Positions 51,849 to 62,194 of a DNA stretch of 64,000 nt are shown here, in pieces; position 1 is the first letter of the stretch; each line of letters opens with the position of its first letter. Source of the DNA: a candidate division WOR-3 bacterium (GTDB lineage Bacteria > Hydrothermota > 32-111). The notes below the pieces were generated by a model, which saw only the letters and a program-made list of their open reading frames with translations, was not told the DNA's origin and searched no databases. Where the stretch lies: NCBI GenBank assembly GCA_037481815.1, contig JBBFKX010000001.1:512001-576000 (forward strand), written 5' to 3'. The position numbers and the translations under genes are program-made.

Positions 51849-52721
51849 TTAAATTTCTTCAAAAATTTTTAAAAGGTAATCCTTATATTCAGAGTTGGGA
51901 TATCTGTTAACCAACTTTAAAAATTTTCTTCTACTCAAAAACCCCATTCTCAAACACACCTCTTCTATACAACCAATCTTGAGATTCTGTCTCTGTTCGA
52001 TAGTCCCGATGAAAGAACTCGCCTCAAGCATCGAACGTGGAGTTCCTGTATCAAGCCATGCTATCCCTCTGCCCATAATCTCCAGTTTCAACTCTTTTCT
52101 TTCAAGATAAATTTTGTTAAGATCGGTTATTTCAAGTTCTCCCCTGTTAGACGGTTTTAGTTTTTTTGCATACTTTGAGCAATTTGAATCGTATATGTAA
52201 AGACCACAGACAGCATAGTTACTTTTTGGTTTTTTAGGTTTCTCTTCAATAGATATTATATTTTTGTTATCATCGAATTCTATCACTCCATATCTTTCAG
52301 GATCGGAAACATAGTATCCAAAAATTGTTGCATGTTGATTTTCTATCCGTGCTTTTCTTAAAAAATCCATATCACCATAAAAAATGTTATCGCCGAGTAT
52401 AAGCATAACATCATCTTTACCGATAAAGTTTTCTCCAATGATCAAAGATTCTGCTATCCCTTTCGGTTTCTCCTGAACAGCATAATCTATCTTTAAACCA
52501 AAATCTTTACCATCATGAAAAAGATTTTTGAAAAGTGGAATGCTCTTTGCTTTTGAGATTATTAAGATCTCGTTGATACCAGATAGAATCAAGGTTGATA
52601 ATGGATAGTATATCAGAGGTTTATCATAAATTGTTATGAGTTGTTTTGTGTATATACTTGTAGTTGGAAACAACCTCGTTCCCTCTCCACCTGCAAGAAC
52701 TATTCCCTTAGTTCTTTTCAT
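51849..52721 (-). CDS. rfbA: Glucose-1-phosphate thymidylyltransferase
   Basis: GIVLAGGEGTRL, LGDNIFYG, RGELEITD, WLDTGT. Confidence 0.96.
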   Translation of the reverse strand: MKRTKGIVLAGGEGTRLFPTTSIYTKQLITIYDKPLIYYPLSTLILSGINEILIISKAKSIPLFKNLFHDGKDFGLKIDYAVQEKPKGIAESLIIGENFIGKDDVMLILGDNIFYGDMDFLRKARIENQHATIFGYYVSDPERYGVIEFDDNKNIISIEEKPKKPKSNYAVCGLYIYDSNCSKYAKKLKPSNRGELEITDLNKIYLERKELKLEIMGRGIAWLDTGTPRSMLEASSFIGTIEQRQNLKIGCIEEVCLRMGFLSRRKFLKLVNRYPNSEYKDYLLKIFEEI

Positions 52722-53742
52722 CGAATTTCTCCCTGTAATTTTTCACATAATATTTTTTAAAATCTTCATCAAGACATTTTTCAACCCATTTAAGATTTTT
52801 TTTATACCATTTAACAGTTCTTTCAAGTGATGGATAAAAATCAAAAATGTTTTTGTGTTTCAACTCTTTTTCGATCTTTGAACAATCAAGTGAATATCTC
52901 CTGTCATGTGCTGGTCTATCTTTTACAAATGTTATAAGTTTTTCATCCTTTTTTAAAATTTTCAAAATCATTTTAACAAGTTTTATGTTCTCTATCTCAT
53001 TGTTTCCACCAATGTTATAGATATTCCCGATTTTACCATTTTCAAAAACATTCAAAATCCCTCTAACATTATCTTCAACATATATCCAATCTCTCACATT
53101 TTTTCCATCACCATAAACTGGTATCTTTTCGTTTTTCATTGCCTTCAAAATTGTAAGTGGAATCAACTTTTCAGGGAACTGGAATGGGCCAAAATTGTTC
53201 GATGATCTTGTTATCACAATGTCCAATCCATATGTTTTATTATACGAAAGCGCTATAAGATCAGCTGATGCTTTTGAAGAAGAGTATGGGGAGTTTGGTT
53301 TTAAGATCGAGTTCTCTGTAAACTTTTCTTTTGAATCAAGTTGAAGATCACCATAAACCTCATCGGTTGAAATCTGTAAAAATCTTTTAAAAAATCCCAT
53401 TCTGAAAATTTCTAAAAGGTTAACAACTCCCAAAATATTTGTTTCTATAAAATCTCTTGGAGATATTATACTTCTATCAACATGTGATTGCGCTGCAAAA
53501 TTGATCACACCATAAACATCTCTTTCTTTCTTAAAAAATTGTAACAGAAAATCAAAATCCCTAATATCGCCCTTTACAAACTCATATCTTTTTTCTTTCG
53601 TAAACTCTTTTATATTTTCTTTACTACCCGAAAGAAGTAAAAGATCAATGTTTACAATGGAATAATCCCTGTTTTTCAAAATATATCTTATGAAGTTTGA
53701 TCCAATAAATCCCGCTCCACCAGTTACAACGATTTTTTTCAT
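52708..53742 (-). CDS. rfbB: dTDP-glucose 4,6-dehydratase
   Basis: TGGAGFIGSNF, SHVDRSI, STDEVYG, YSSSK. Confidence 0.96.
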   Translation of the reverse strand: MKKIVVTGGAGFIGSNFIRYILKNRDYSIVNIDLLLLSGSKENIKEFTKEKRYEFVKGDIRDFDFLLQFFKKERDVYGVINFAAQSHVDRSIISPRDFIETNILGVVNLLEIFRMGFFKRFLQISTDEVYGDLQLDSKEKFTENSILKPNSPYSSSKASADLIALSYNKTYGLDIVITRSSNNFGPFQFPEKLIPLTILKAMKNEKIPVYGDGKNVRDWIYVEDNVRGILNVFENGKIGNIYNIGGNNEIENIKLVKMILKILKKDEKLITFVKDRPAHDRRYSLDCSKIEKELKHKNIFDFYPSLERTVKWYKKNLKWVEKCLDEDFKKYYVKNYREKFDEKN

Positions 53743-53771
53743 AATGTTTTAAGTTTAATTAAAAAAATAAC

Positions 53772-55262
53772 TCAGTCAATAATCTTTTTATAAAATCTTA
53801 TAGTTCCATAACCACTGGTGGATAATGAATCATATTGAAAAAAATTTTTTTCTGCGTACCGTTGTGTTTTATTATAAAATGTAACAAAATCGTTTAACGA
53901 CCCTTCTTTTTCCTTTTTATTTGAAACACCGGTAACTCCTTCTGTTAAATAATCACTGATCACAATATAGTCGACTTTATTCGATTTTATCAAAGAATCC
54001 AGAGTTTTAAATTCTGTCAACTTGTAATATGTATAATCATTATAGAATTCGTTATCCTTAAACGGAAAATAAAAAACGATATTCGAAAGAACCACTTTAC
54101 CTTTTTCAACATTTTTTTCGCAATATTTTTCGATCAGAGAATATGAAGTCAGATCCCTGTCCCTGTACATCAGATAAGATATTGCAAGAAAATTGTTAAC
54201 AAGATAAACAGAAGAAAGAAGAATAAAAACAGTTTTAAATTTCCTGTTCTGTAATTTTTTATAGATCATAGTTAACACAAGAATCGAATAAAGTATTATA
54301 GATATAAAACCTCTTGTAACAAACCTTTCCATAAACAAAAAACCAAGAATAAAATAGAAAAATCCTATAAGGGAAACGATTTTTAACATTCTATCTTTTC
54401 TAAAGAATATTAAACCAAAAGGGAAAATCAAAATTTCAAACAAAAATATGTACAACCTTTTTAAACCTAAAGCGTAATCGTTGTAAAGGTTTTTCATTTT
54501 GAAAAATATTTCGCCAAACAAAGAGCCCTTGTATGCTGAAAGCCTTCTTCCGTAAAGAAAATAGAATTCTTCAAAAGAGGATTTTTTTATGAAATATAAA
54601 AAATAAAGATAAAAAAGAGAACACAAGATTACAACAGATAAAAAATAGAACACAGGTCTAAAATTTTTTTGTTTTATCGAATAGATTGTGATTATTATAA
54701 AAAATATTAGTGTAAAAAATATTTCATCAGGATGGGTAAGTACACCACACAAAGAAAAGAATGTTGAAATAATAAAATATTTTTCATCTCCCTTTAAACC
54801 TTTTATGAGAAAAATTAAAGAGAGCAGTGAAAATAGAATTTTTAATGCTTCAGGTCTTACTGTTCTATACACCAGAAATACTGTTGAAGAGAAGAGAAAA
54901 AATGTTAAAAAAATAATTTTCTCCTGTTTCCCAAAGGATAATTCTTCTGCAAGAAAAAAGAAAAAGGTTAAAAATAAAATTCCGAGGAGATATGAAAAGA
55001 TTTTTGAAACTAAAAGATTACATCCGAAAAATTTATAAAAAATTCCCAAAAACAGAGTATATCCAAAAAGATAATCACCACCGTAAAGTCCAATTACATT
55101 TTGATTCGTAAAACCCAGACCTTTTGAAAAATTGTATGCTGTCCCAGCATACCAGACCTCATCGACCCAAACTTTTGGAACCCTATCTATAAGAGGCAAC
55201 TCTAATAATGTGAATATTGTTAAGAAAACAAACAAGATTATAAGGTTTTCAGATCTCTTCAT
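53772..55262 (-). CDS. ArnT/PMT-like (GT39/GT83) membrane glycosyltransferase
   Basis: WVDE in the first loop, RTVRPE, THP, multiple TMs. Confidence 0.7.
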   Translation of the reverse strand: MKRSENLIILFVFLTIFTLLELPLIDRVPKVWVDEVWYAGTAYNFSKGLGFTNQNVIGLYGGDYLFGYTLFLGIFYKFFGCNLLVSKIFSYLLGILFLTFFFFLAEELSFGKQEKIIFLTFFLFSSTVFLVYRTVRPEALKILFSLLSLIFLIKGLKGDEKYFIISTFFSLCGVLTHPDEIFFTLIFFIIITIYSIKQKNFRPVFYFLSVVILCSLFYLYFLYFIKKSSFEEFYFLYGRRLSAYKGSLFGEIFFKMKNLYNDYALGLKRLYIFLFEILIFPFGLIFFRKDRMLKIVSLIGFFYFILGFLFMERFVTRGFISIILYSILVLTMIYKKLQNRKFKTVFILLSSVYLVNNFLAISYLMYRDRDLTSYSLIEKYCEKNVEKGKVVLSNIVFYFPFKDNEFYNDYTYYKLTEFKTLDSLIKSNKVDYIVISDYLTEGVTGVSNKKEKEGSLNDFVTFYNKTQRYAEKNFFQYDSLSTSGYGTIRFYKKIID

Positions 55263-55932
55263 AAAAGAACCTACCTAACCTTAACATGTTCGAATTGTTT
55301 TTTAGAGCCAGAATGTAATCGTCACTCATCCCCATTGAGAGTATATTAAAATTTGTAAAAGATTCTTTTAACATCAAAAAAATTTCATTACCTTTTTTAA
55401 AAGATTCCTCAATCATTCTTTTGTCTTGAGTATTTGGCCCAATACACATCATACCCTTTAAATTCAAAAAATCAAATTTTACAAGATTTTCTTTCAAATA
55501 TTTTAACTCTGAAAAATCAAATCCATGTTTCGTTTTTTCATCTGAAATTTTTATTTCAACAAGTACATCTATAACTCTATTTTTCTTTTTATAAAAATCG
55601 TTAACAACACTTGCTTTTTCATAAGAATCTATCGACTGAATCAGGTCAACATTTTCAAAAAGATATTTCAATTTATTACTTTGAATGTTTCCAATAAAAG
55701 ACAATTTTATATCTTCCTTTGAATAGAAAAAATTTTTATCTCGAATTTCCTGAGCAATGTTTTCTGCAAAATGTCTAAAACCTTCTTCATAAAGAATATT
55801 TATCTTTTCCAAACTCTGTTTTTTCGAAACGACAACAATTTCAACAGGTCTGTTAACAGCGTATAGTTCAATTTCTTCATAAAGTTTTTTTATTTTATCT
55901 TTTAACCTATTTAAAGATCGTTTTTCCAACAT
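55249..55932 (-). CDS. yggS: PLP homeostasis protein, YggS family
   Basis: VVSK, FIGNIQSNK, GMMCIGP, LSMGMSDDY. Confidence 0.92.
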   Translation of the reverse strand: MLEKRSLNRLKDKIKKLYEEIELYAVNRPVEIVVVSKKQSLEKINILYEEGFRHFAENIAQEIRDKNFFYSKEDIKLSFIGNIQSNKLKYLFENVDLIQSIDSYEKASVVNDFYKKKNRVIDVLVEIKISDEKTKHGFDFSELKYLKENLVKFDFLNLKGMMCIGPNTQDKRMIEESFKKGNEIFLMLKESFTNFNILSMGMSDDYILALKNNSNMLRLGRFFYEEI

Positions 55933-57043
55933 AGGTATAACTCCCTTTCTGATCTAATAAAGATTGGTTTGAAAAGATACAGAAACCTAAAACAGGGTAT
56001 TTGTACAACTCTTTCACATTGTTTACCATGTTATAAATTGTTTGATTGTAAGATGCAACTCCAACAACAATTTTCGAGAGTACAGTTTTTGCCTGAATCT
56101 TGTCGAGTTGTTTTTTTATAACTGAAAGAGAAGGTGAATACGCCATTATGTTCACATAATCGATATAACCTTCATTCAACCATTCCCACCAATTCTGATA
56201 AAAACTCATACCTGCGATATCAACATCTGCAAAGACCGCAGATGATAACTGGATGTTCGGATTATGATTTTTAACAAGAAAATAGATATCTTTTATCAGT
56301 TTGTTGAGTTCCTCTTTTGGGAAATTTTGCCATTCATTCAAAAGCGCGTTGACTCCCTTTTCACCAAAAAGTTTTAAAGATAGATCACTCTTTATCTCAA
56401 AAGGATCCACAAAATATTTTTCGATGAAATTGGATCTTAAAAAAACATCATAAACAAACTCTCTTCCGGGGAACCTTGAATAATCAAGATGTATTCCATC
56501 GATATTGTAATTCAAAAGTATTTCATCTATTAAAAAGAGTATATAATCTTTAACTATGTCTGAAGAAGGTGAAACAAAAAATCCTTCTATGTTTCTTATT
56601 TTCATCTTTTCGATCGAATAATCGAGCAAGGAAATATTTTTATCATCAACAAGCACAGAAGTTGGATATCTTTTTAGAATATGTTTTTCATCATCCACCA
56701 TCTCTCTTCTATCCCACATGTAAAGAAGGTTTATCCATGCATGGACTTTAATGTTCTTTGAGTGTGCTTTCTGGATAAATATTTCAAGTGGATCAAAATC
56801 TTTATATTTTACTGGCGCTATCTTTGAATTAAAAAAAGCATAACCTGATCCATATACCTGAACATAAGCATCACTCACATTAGCGATGGATAAAGAATCG
56901 AGTATACATTCTATTTTTTCTGGAGAATACAAGTCCCACCTTGTGATCCAGACACCTTTTATTTCAAAAGATTTAAGATTCAAAAATGAAAGAATAGATA
57001 ACAAAAAAGCCCATAAAAATGGGCTTTTTTTTAAAAAAAACAT
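55907..57043 (-). CDS. Exported family 10-like glycoside hydrolase (GHL10/DUF187)
   Basis: GVWITR, FDPL...AH...VHAWIN, DGIHLDYSRFP, QNWWEW; start moved to MFFLKK. Confidence 0.8.
   Translation of the reverse strand: MFFLKKSPFLWAFLLSILSFLNLKSFEIKGVWITRWDLYSPEKIECILDSLSIANVSDAYVQVYGSGYAFFNSKIAPVKYKDFDPLEIFIQKAHSKNIKVHAWINLLYMWDRREMVDDEKHILKRYPTSVLVDDKNISLLDYSIEKMKIRNIEGFFVSPSSDIVKDYILFLIDEILLNYNIDGIHLDYSRFPGREFVYDVFLRSNFIEKYFVDPFEIKSDLSLKLFGEKGVNALLNEWQNFPKEELNKLIKDIYFLVKNHNPNIQLSSAVFADVDIAGMSFYQNWWEWLNEGYIDYVNIMAYSPSLSVIKKQLDKIQAKTVLSKIVVGVASYNQTIYNMVNNVKELYKYPVLGFCIFSNQSLLDQKGSYTYVGKTIFK
57003..57030 (-). terminator. Intrinsic terminator after rplQ
   Basis: AAAAAAGCCCAT-TTTT-ATGGGCTTTTTT. 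Confidence 0.7.
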
Positions 57044-57047
57044 ATTC

Positions 57048-57446
57048 CTATTTCTTTTTCTCTTTTTTCTCTTTTTCTTTCTTTTCGGGTTTTTCAACAA
57101 GTTCAAGAATCGCTGTTGATGCTCCATCTCCCCTTCTGACTCCAAGATTGATGACTCTTGTGTAACCACCTTTTCTCATCTTATATCTTGGGGCTATCTC
57201 TTCAAAAAGTTTTTGAACAATTTTTCTTGATTTCAACCTTTTTGCGACCTCTCTTCTTGAGGATACAGAGTCATCATTTTTTGCAAAAGTTATAAGTTTT
57301 TCTGCAAGTTTTCTTGCTTCTTTTGCCTTTGCCGTTGTAGTTATAACAACGTTCTTTTCAAAAAGTGAGGTTACAAGATTGTTAAGCATAGCATTTCTAT
57401 GCTCAGCGGTTCTTGAAAGTTTCTTTACTTTATCATTATGACGCAT
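57048..57446 (-). CDS. rplQ: 50S ribosomal protein L17
   Basis: MRH, TTTAKAKE, GGYTRV, RRGD. Confidence 0.98.
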   Translation of the reverse strand: MRHNDKVKKLSRTAEHRNAMLNNLVTSLFEKNVVITTTAKAKEARKLAEKLITFAKNDDSVSSRREVAKRLKSRKIVQKLFEEIAPRYKMRKGGYTRVINLGVRRGDGASTAILELVEKPEKKEKEKKEKKK

Positions 57447-57455
57447 TTTTCCCCC

Positions 57456-58433
57456 TTAACTGTTATCATCCTTAAAATATTTTGAAACATCCATTCCAAA
57501 ATGAAGCCCAAGTTCTTTCAATTTTTCTTCAAGTTCAGTTAACGATTGTTTTCCAAAATTTTTGTATTTCAACATTTCATCTTTTCTTTTTGAAACGAGA
57601 TCCTTTAATGTCTGAATATTGTTTGCCTCAAGACAATTTTTTGCTCTAACTTTAAGTTCAAGGTCTGTCACCTTCTTCATAAGAAGTTCTCTCATCTTCA
57701 AAACATTATCATCTTCAAACTCTTCTGTAATAACAGGCAACTTTTTATCTTCGATTTCAAAAACCTGCAGGTGTCCTTTTAAAATTATCGCCGACTGTTT
57801 CAAAGCATCACGAGGAGATATTGTTCCATCCGTGAAAATCTCAAGAACAAGTTTATCATAGTCAGTTCTCTGCCCAACTCTCATGTTCTCTACGGAGGTA
57901 ACAACTCTTTTTATAGGAGAGAAGAAAGCATCAAGTTGAATAGTTTTTATACTCTTATCTGGAACTATGTATTGGGATTGCAGATAACCTCTCCCCCATT
58001 CAAGGTATATATCTATCTTGACTCCAACATTTTTAGTTATTGTGAAAAGGTAAAGATCTTTATTTACAACTTCAACACCAGGTGGAGTGATTATATCACC
58101 TGATACCACTTCTTTGGGACCTTTTATCTGGAATGTGATCTTCACATCATCAAGATCCTCATCCATTTTAAATCTGATCTTTTTTATATTAAGAACGATA
58201 TCGGCAACATTCTCTTTAACTCCATCTATCGTTGTAAACTCATGGTTTGCATTTTCAAACACAAGTTTTGTGACACCAACTCCATGGATACTCGAAAGGA
58301 GTATTCTTCTAAAAACATTACCCATGGTTATTCCAAAACCTCTTTCAAAAGGACCAATGATGTATTTTGCGTAATTTTCTTTTTCATCCACAACCTCTAT
58401 TTTTTGTGGAATCTGAAAAGGTTTTATCTTCAT
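57456..58433 (-). CDS. rpoA: RNA polymerase alpha subunit
   Basis: PFERGFGITMGN, RVGQRTDYDKL, KNFGKQSL. Confidence 0.98.
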   Translation of the reverse strand: MKIKPFQIPQKIEVVDEKENYAKYIIGPFERGFGITMGNVFRRILLSSIHGVGVTKLVFENANHEFTTIDGVKENVADIVLNIKKIRFKMDEDLDDVKITFQIKGPKEVVSGDIITPPGVEVVNKDLYLFTITKNVGVKIDIYLEWGRGYLQSQYIVPDKSIKTIQLDAFFSPIKRVVTSVENMRVGQRTDYDKLVLEIFTDGTISPRDALKQSAIILKGHLQVFEIEDKKLPVITEEFEDDNVLKMRELLMKKVTDLELKVRAKNCLEANNIQTLKDLVSKRKDEMLKYKNFGKQSLTELEEKLKELGLHFGMDVSKYFKDDNS

Positions 58434-58456
58434 TTGTTAACCCCTTCCGTTAATTG

Positions 58457-59083
58457 TTATTTTGAATATAGCTCTATTATCAACTGCTCTTTTATATCAG
58501 CATCTATATGGTATCTCTGAGGCAATTGAACAACTTTCGCACTCATTTTTGGAAGATCGAGTGACAACCATTCAGGTGTCTGTGCTTTACTCTTTGTGAT
58601 AGTTTCATTTATCATATCAATGGTTCTCGATTTTTCCCTTACGGAAATCTCATCGTTTTCATTCACAAGATAACTTGGAATGTTAACGCTCTTTCCATTT
58701 ACAAGAATATGTCCATGATTTACAAGTTGTCTTGCTGCTGCTCTCGATGGAGCGAATTTCAATCTGTAAACGACATTATCCAATCTTCTCTCAAGTAACT
58801 GCAAAAGTATCTCACCTGTAACACCTTTCTTTCTTGATGCTATAAGGTAATACCTTTTGAACTGTCTCTCATTAACACCATACATCCTTTTAACTTTCTG
58901 TTTTTCTCTTAACTGAATTGCATAACCTGATAGTTTTTTCCTGATCTTTTTTGCCACTTCTCCAGGTGTATTCTTTTTCCTTTCAAGAGAACATTTATCT
59001 GTCAAACATCTATCACCTTTCAAAAAAAGTTTTACTCTTTCCCTTCTGCAAAGTTTACATTTCGCCTCTATATATCTTGACAT
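58457..59083 (-). CDS. rpsD: 30S ribosomal protein S4
   Basis: CKLCRRE, QLREKQK, LERRLDNVVYR. Confidence 0.98.
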   Translation of the reverse strand: MSRYIEAKCKLCRRERVKLFLKGDRCLTDKCSLERKKNTPGEVAKKIRKKLSGYAIQLREKQKVKRMYGVNERQFKRYYLIASRKKGVTGEILLQLLERRLDNVVYRLKFAPSRAAARQLVNHGHILVNGKSVNIPSYLVNENDEISVREKSRTIDMINETITKSKAQTPEWLSLDLPKMSAKVVQLPQRYHIDADIKEQLIIELYSK

Positions 59084-59094
59084 TTAGCTCCTCC

Positions 59095-59493
59095 TTAAAC
59101 TCTTCTTCTTTTTGGTGGTCTGCATCCATTATGTGGAATAGGTGTTACATCCTTTATCGCTGTTATTTTAAATCCTAAATTGTGTAAAGCTCTTATAGCT
59201 GTTTCTCTTCCTCCACCAGGGCCTTTTATCCAGACCTCAAGTTTTTTTATTCCAAGGTTCAAAGCATTTTTTCCAGCTTTTTCAGCAGCTACCTGTGCTG
59301 CAAATGGAGTGGATTTTTTTGTCCCTTTATATCCTACATTTCCCGCGGAGGACCATGTAACAACATTTCCCTTTGAATCGGTTATCGTAACTATCGTATT
59401 GTTGAATGAAGAGTGAACATGACATATACCTTGAGATTCTACACTTTTAACTTTCTTTTTAACTCTTTTACGAGTTTTCTTTTCCGCAGCCAC
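59095..59493 (-). CDS. rpsK: 30S ribosomal protein S11
   Basis: [24 protein letters not shown]. Confidence 0.98.
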   Translation of the reverse strand: MAAEKKTRKRVKKKVKSVESQGICHVHSSFNNTIVTITDSKGNVVTWSSAGNVGYKGTKKSTPFAAQVAAEKAGKNALNLGIKKLEVWIKGPGGGRETAIRALHNLGFKITAIKDVTPIPHNGCRPPKRRRV

Positions 59494-59505
59494 TATATCC
59501 TCCTT

Positions 59506-59889
59506 TTATTTCTTAGGTGCTTTTTTCTTCAAAGCGATACTACCTTTAGATGGGCCCTTTCTCGTTCTTGCATTCGTTCTTGTTCTCTGTCCTCTTACAG
59601 GAAGTCCTTTTATATGTCTTATACCCCTGTAACATTGTATCTCTTTTAACCTCTTTATATTTTCCGCAATTTCAGCTTTGAGCATTCCTTCGACTTTGTA
59701 ATCCTTTTCTATTATCTTCCTTATCTTTTCAACATCTTCATCTTTCAAATCTTTAACTTTGATCGAAGGATCAACGTTAGCTTCTTTTAAAATTTTTAAA
59801 GAGGATGATAGCCCAATACCGTAAATATAAGTCAAAGCTATCTCAATCCTTTTATTTTTAGGCAAATCAACACCTGCTATACGAGCCAA
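59506..59889 (-). CDS. rpsM: 30S ribosomal protein S13
   Basis: [26 protein letters not shown]. Confidence 0.98.
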   Translation of the reverse strand: MARIAGVDLPKNKRIEIALTYIYGIGLSSSLKILKEANVDPSIKVKDLKDEDVEKIRKIIEKDYKVEGMLKAEIAENIKRLKEIQCYRGIRHIKGLPVRGQRTRTNARTRKGPSKGSIALKKKAPKK

Positions 59890-59900
59890 ATTAACCTCCT

Positions 59901-60014
59901 TTAACCTTGTCTTTGCTTATGTTTTGGATTTTCACAAATAACTTTTACAACACCTTTTCTTTTTATTACCTTACATTTATTACATATTTTCTTAACAGAA
60001 GATCTGACTTTCAT
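59901..60014 (-). CDS. rpmJ: 50S ribosomal protein L36 (not in ORF track)
   Basis: Hand translation [37 protein letters not shown]. Confidence 0.97.
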   Translation of the reverse strand: MKVRSSVKKICNKCKVIKRKGVVKVICENPKHKQRQG

Positions 60015-60024
60015 TTTTCCTCCA

Positions 60025-60240
60025 TCATTTGAATCTATAAATTATTCTTCCTTTTGACAGGTCATAGGGAGAAAGTTCAACTGTCACCCTATCACCTTTT
60101 GCTATCTTAATGTAGTTCATTCTCATCTTTCCAGATATGTGTCCAATGACTATATGGTTGTTGTCGAGTTGAACTTTAAAACAAGCATCAGGTAAAAGAT
60201 CTATAATTGTTCCTTCAACGAGAATACCCTTTTTTGCCAT
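60025..60240 (-). CDS. infA: Translation initiation factor IF-1
   Basis: [20 protein letters not shown]. Confidence 0.98.
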   Translation of the reverse strand: MAKKGILVEGTIIDLLPDACFKVQLDNNHIVIGHISGKMRMNYIKIAKGDRVTVELSPYDLSKGRIIYRFK

Positions 60241-60242
60241 AT

Positions 60243-60881
60243 TTAAAGAACCACCTCTTTTATTTGTTCAAAAATCTCTTCAGGTTTTCTATTTCCATCT
60301 ATTCTGATGAGTTTTCCTTTTTTTTCATAATAATCAAGAAGTTCTAAGGTTTCCTCTTGATAAACTTTTATCCTGTTTTTTATAACATCGATGTTATCAT
60401 CGGTTCTTTTTATAAGTTTGTTATGACAAATAAAACACTCATCATCATCATAGGTCCCAGGATAAATCTTTTTGCAACCCGAACAGACCAACCTGTTCGA
60501 CAACCTTTCAATTATTGTTTGTTCATCAACATCAATAAGAATCGCACAGTCGATTCCACTTTGATTTTTTGAAAGTTCTTCTTCGAGTTTTTCCGCCTGG
60601 AAATTTCTTCTTGGAAAACCGTCAAAAACCACATTCTTTCTATAAAGATCATTCTTTTTTATATAGTCAAGAATAAAATCTACTATCAAACTGTCCGGCA
60701 CGAGTAAACCTTTATCGATATAATTTTTTATCTCTTTACCAAACTCGGTTTTGTTTGATATTTCATTTCTCAAAAGATCACCCGTTGCAAGATGCACAAA
60801 ATTCTCTTTTAAACTTAAAAGTTCTGCCTGTGTTCCTTTTCCTGAACCGGGAGGCCCAAGCAAAACTATTTTCTTCATCAA
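60243..60881 (-). CDS. adk: Adenylate kinase
   Basis: [15 protein letters not shown], Zn LID CSGC/CFIC. Confidence 0.96.
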   Translation of the reverse strand: MMKKIVLLGPPGSGKGTQAELLSLKENFVHLATGDLLRNEISNKTEFGKEIKNYIDKGLLVPDSLIVDFILDYIKKNDLYRKNVVFDGFPRRNFQAEKLEEELSKNQSGIDCAILIDVDEQTIIERLSNRLVCSGCKKIYPGTYDDDECFICHNKLIKRTDDNIDVIKNRIKVYQEETLELLDYYEKKGKLIRIDGNRKPEEIFEQIKEVVL

Positions 60882-62194
60882 AATCTTCCTTTTATTTTTC
60901 CTTTCTTTAAAAAACCTTCATAACTTCTCATCATCAGATATGATTCTATCTGAGAAACCGTCTCAAGTATAACTCCAACAACTATCAGTATAGATGTTCC
61001 ACCGAAATATACAGGTATTCTCATCCTGTCTATAACTATAATTGGAAGTATAGCGATCAGAGCAAAAAAGATAGCACCAGGTAAAGTTATCCTTGTTACA
61101 ACTCTGTCTATATAATCCCTCGTAGGTTTTCCCGGTCTTATTCCAGGTATGAAACCACCATATTTTTTCATATTCTCAGACATATCCTGTGGATTTATGA
61201 CAACCGAAGTATAAAAGAATCCAAAGAATATTATCAAAAGTCCATACAATGTTAAATAAACTGGATGTGATGGTTTGAATATCTCAAGGATGAAATTTGA
61301 TACCGAACTGTTTTTAAAAAAGTTTGCGAGTGTTGAAGGAAACATTATTATAGATTGTGCAAAGATTATTGGAATAACACCTGCAGCGTTAACATTCAAG
61401 GGAATGTATGTTGCCTGTCCACCGTAAACTTTTCTTCCAACAACTCTTTTTGCATACTGAACCGGGATCCTTCTCTGCGCCTGTGTAACAAGAACAACAG
61501 CAGCGGTTATTCCAACAGCCAGTGCTAAAAATATTATCACAAAAACTATGTTCAAAGTTCCAGCGAACACAAGTCGGGCTACATCCATTATTTCTTGTGG
61601 CATCCTTGCAACGATACCAACAAGGATTATTATTGAAATACCATTACCTATTCCTTTTTCAGTAATTCTTTCTCCAAGCCACATAACAAACATCGTTCCG
61701 GATGTAAGAGTTATGAGAGTGAGCATTCTAAAACCGAATCCAGGATTTGGAACGATTCTATAACCTGAAAGTGCAAGTCCTTCAAGAAAAATAGAGATAC
61801 CATAAGATTCTATCATCGCTATAAAAATTGTTAGATATCTTGTATACTGTGTTATCTTCTTTCTACCTTCTTCACCTTCCTGCTGGAGTTTCTGCAAATA
61901 TGGCCAGATCGCCCCGAGGAGTTGCAGGATGATAGAAGCAGATATATAAGGCATTATTCCAAGAGCAAAAATCGTTGCTCTTTGAAGGTTTCCACCTGCA
62001 AAAACATCATACAATCCAAGTATTCCACCTGCTTGAGAGGTAAACCAGTTGGAAAGTGTTGTAATATCAATCCCTGGCAAAGGAATATGACTACCGATTC
62101 TATAAACTCCAAGTAGAATCAAAGTATAGATGATTTTTTTTCTCAGTTCAGGAATCTTAAAGGTGTTTTGAAATGTGGATATAAGATTTATCAA
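60878..62194 (-). CDS. secY: Preprotein translocase SecY
   Basis: LGIMPYISASII, GIGNGIS, IPGIRPG. Confidence 0.98.
   Translation of the reverse strand: MINLISTFQNTFKIPELRKKIIYTLILLGVYRIGSHIPLPGIDITTLSNWFTSQAGGILGLYDVFAGGNLQRATIFALGIMPYISASIILQLLGAIWPYLQKLQQEGEEGRKKITQYTRYLTIFIAMIESYGISIFLEGLALSGYRIVPNPGFGFRMLTLITLTSGTMFVMWLGERITEKGIGNGISIIILVGIVARMPQEIMDVARLVFAGTLNIVFVIIFLALAVGITAAVVLVTQAQRRIPVQYAKRVVGRKVYGGQATYIPLNVNAAGVIPIIFAQSIIMFPSTLANFFKNSSVSNFILEIFKPSHPVYLTLYGLLIIFFGFFYTSVVINPQDMSENMKKYGGFIPGIRPGKPTRDYIDRVVTRITLPGAIFFALIAILPIIVIDRMRIPVYFGGTSILIVVGVILETVSQIESYLMMRSYEGFLKKGKIKGRF

Noticed and set aside
57044..57169. Lys/Arg-rich N-terminal extension of the glycoside hydrolase
   Set aside because: It is an off-frame reading of the rplQ 3' end
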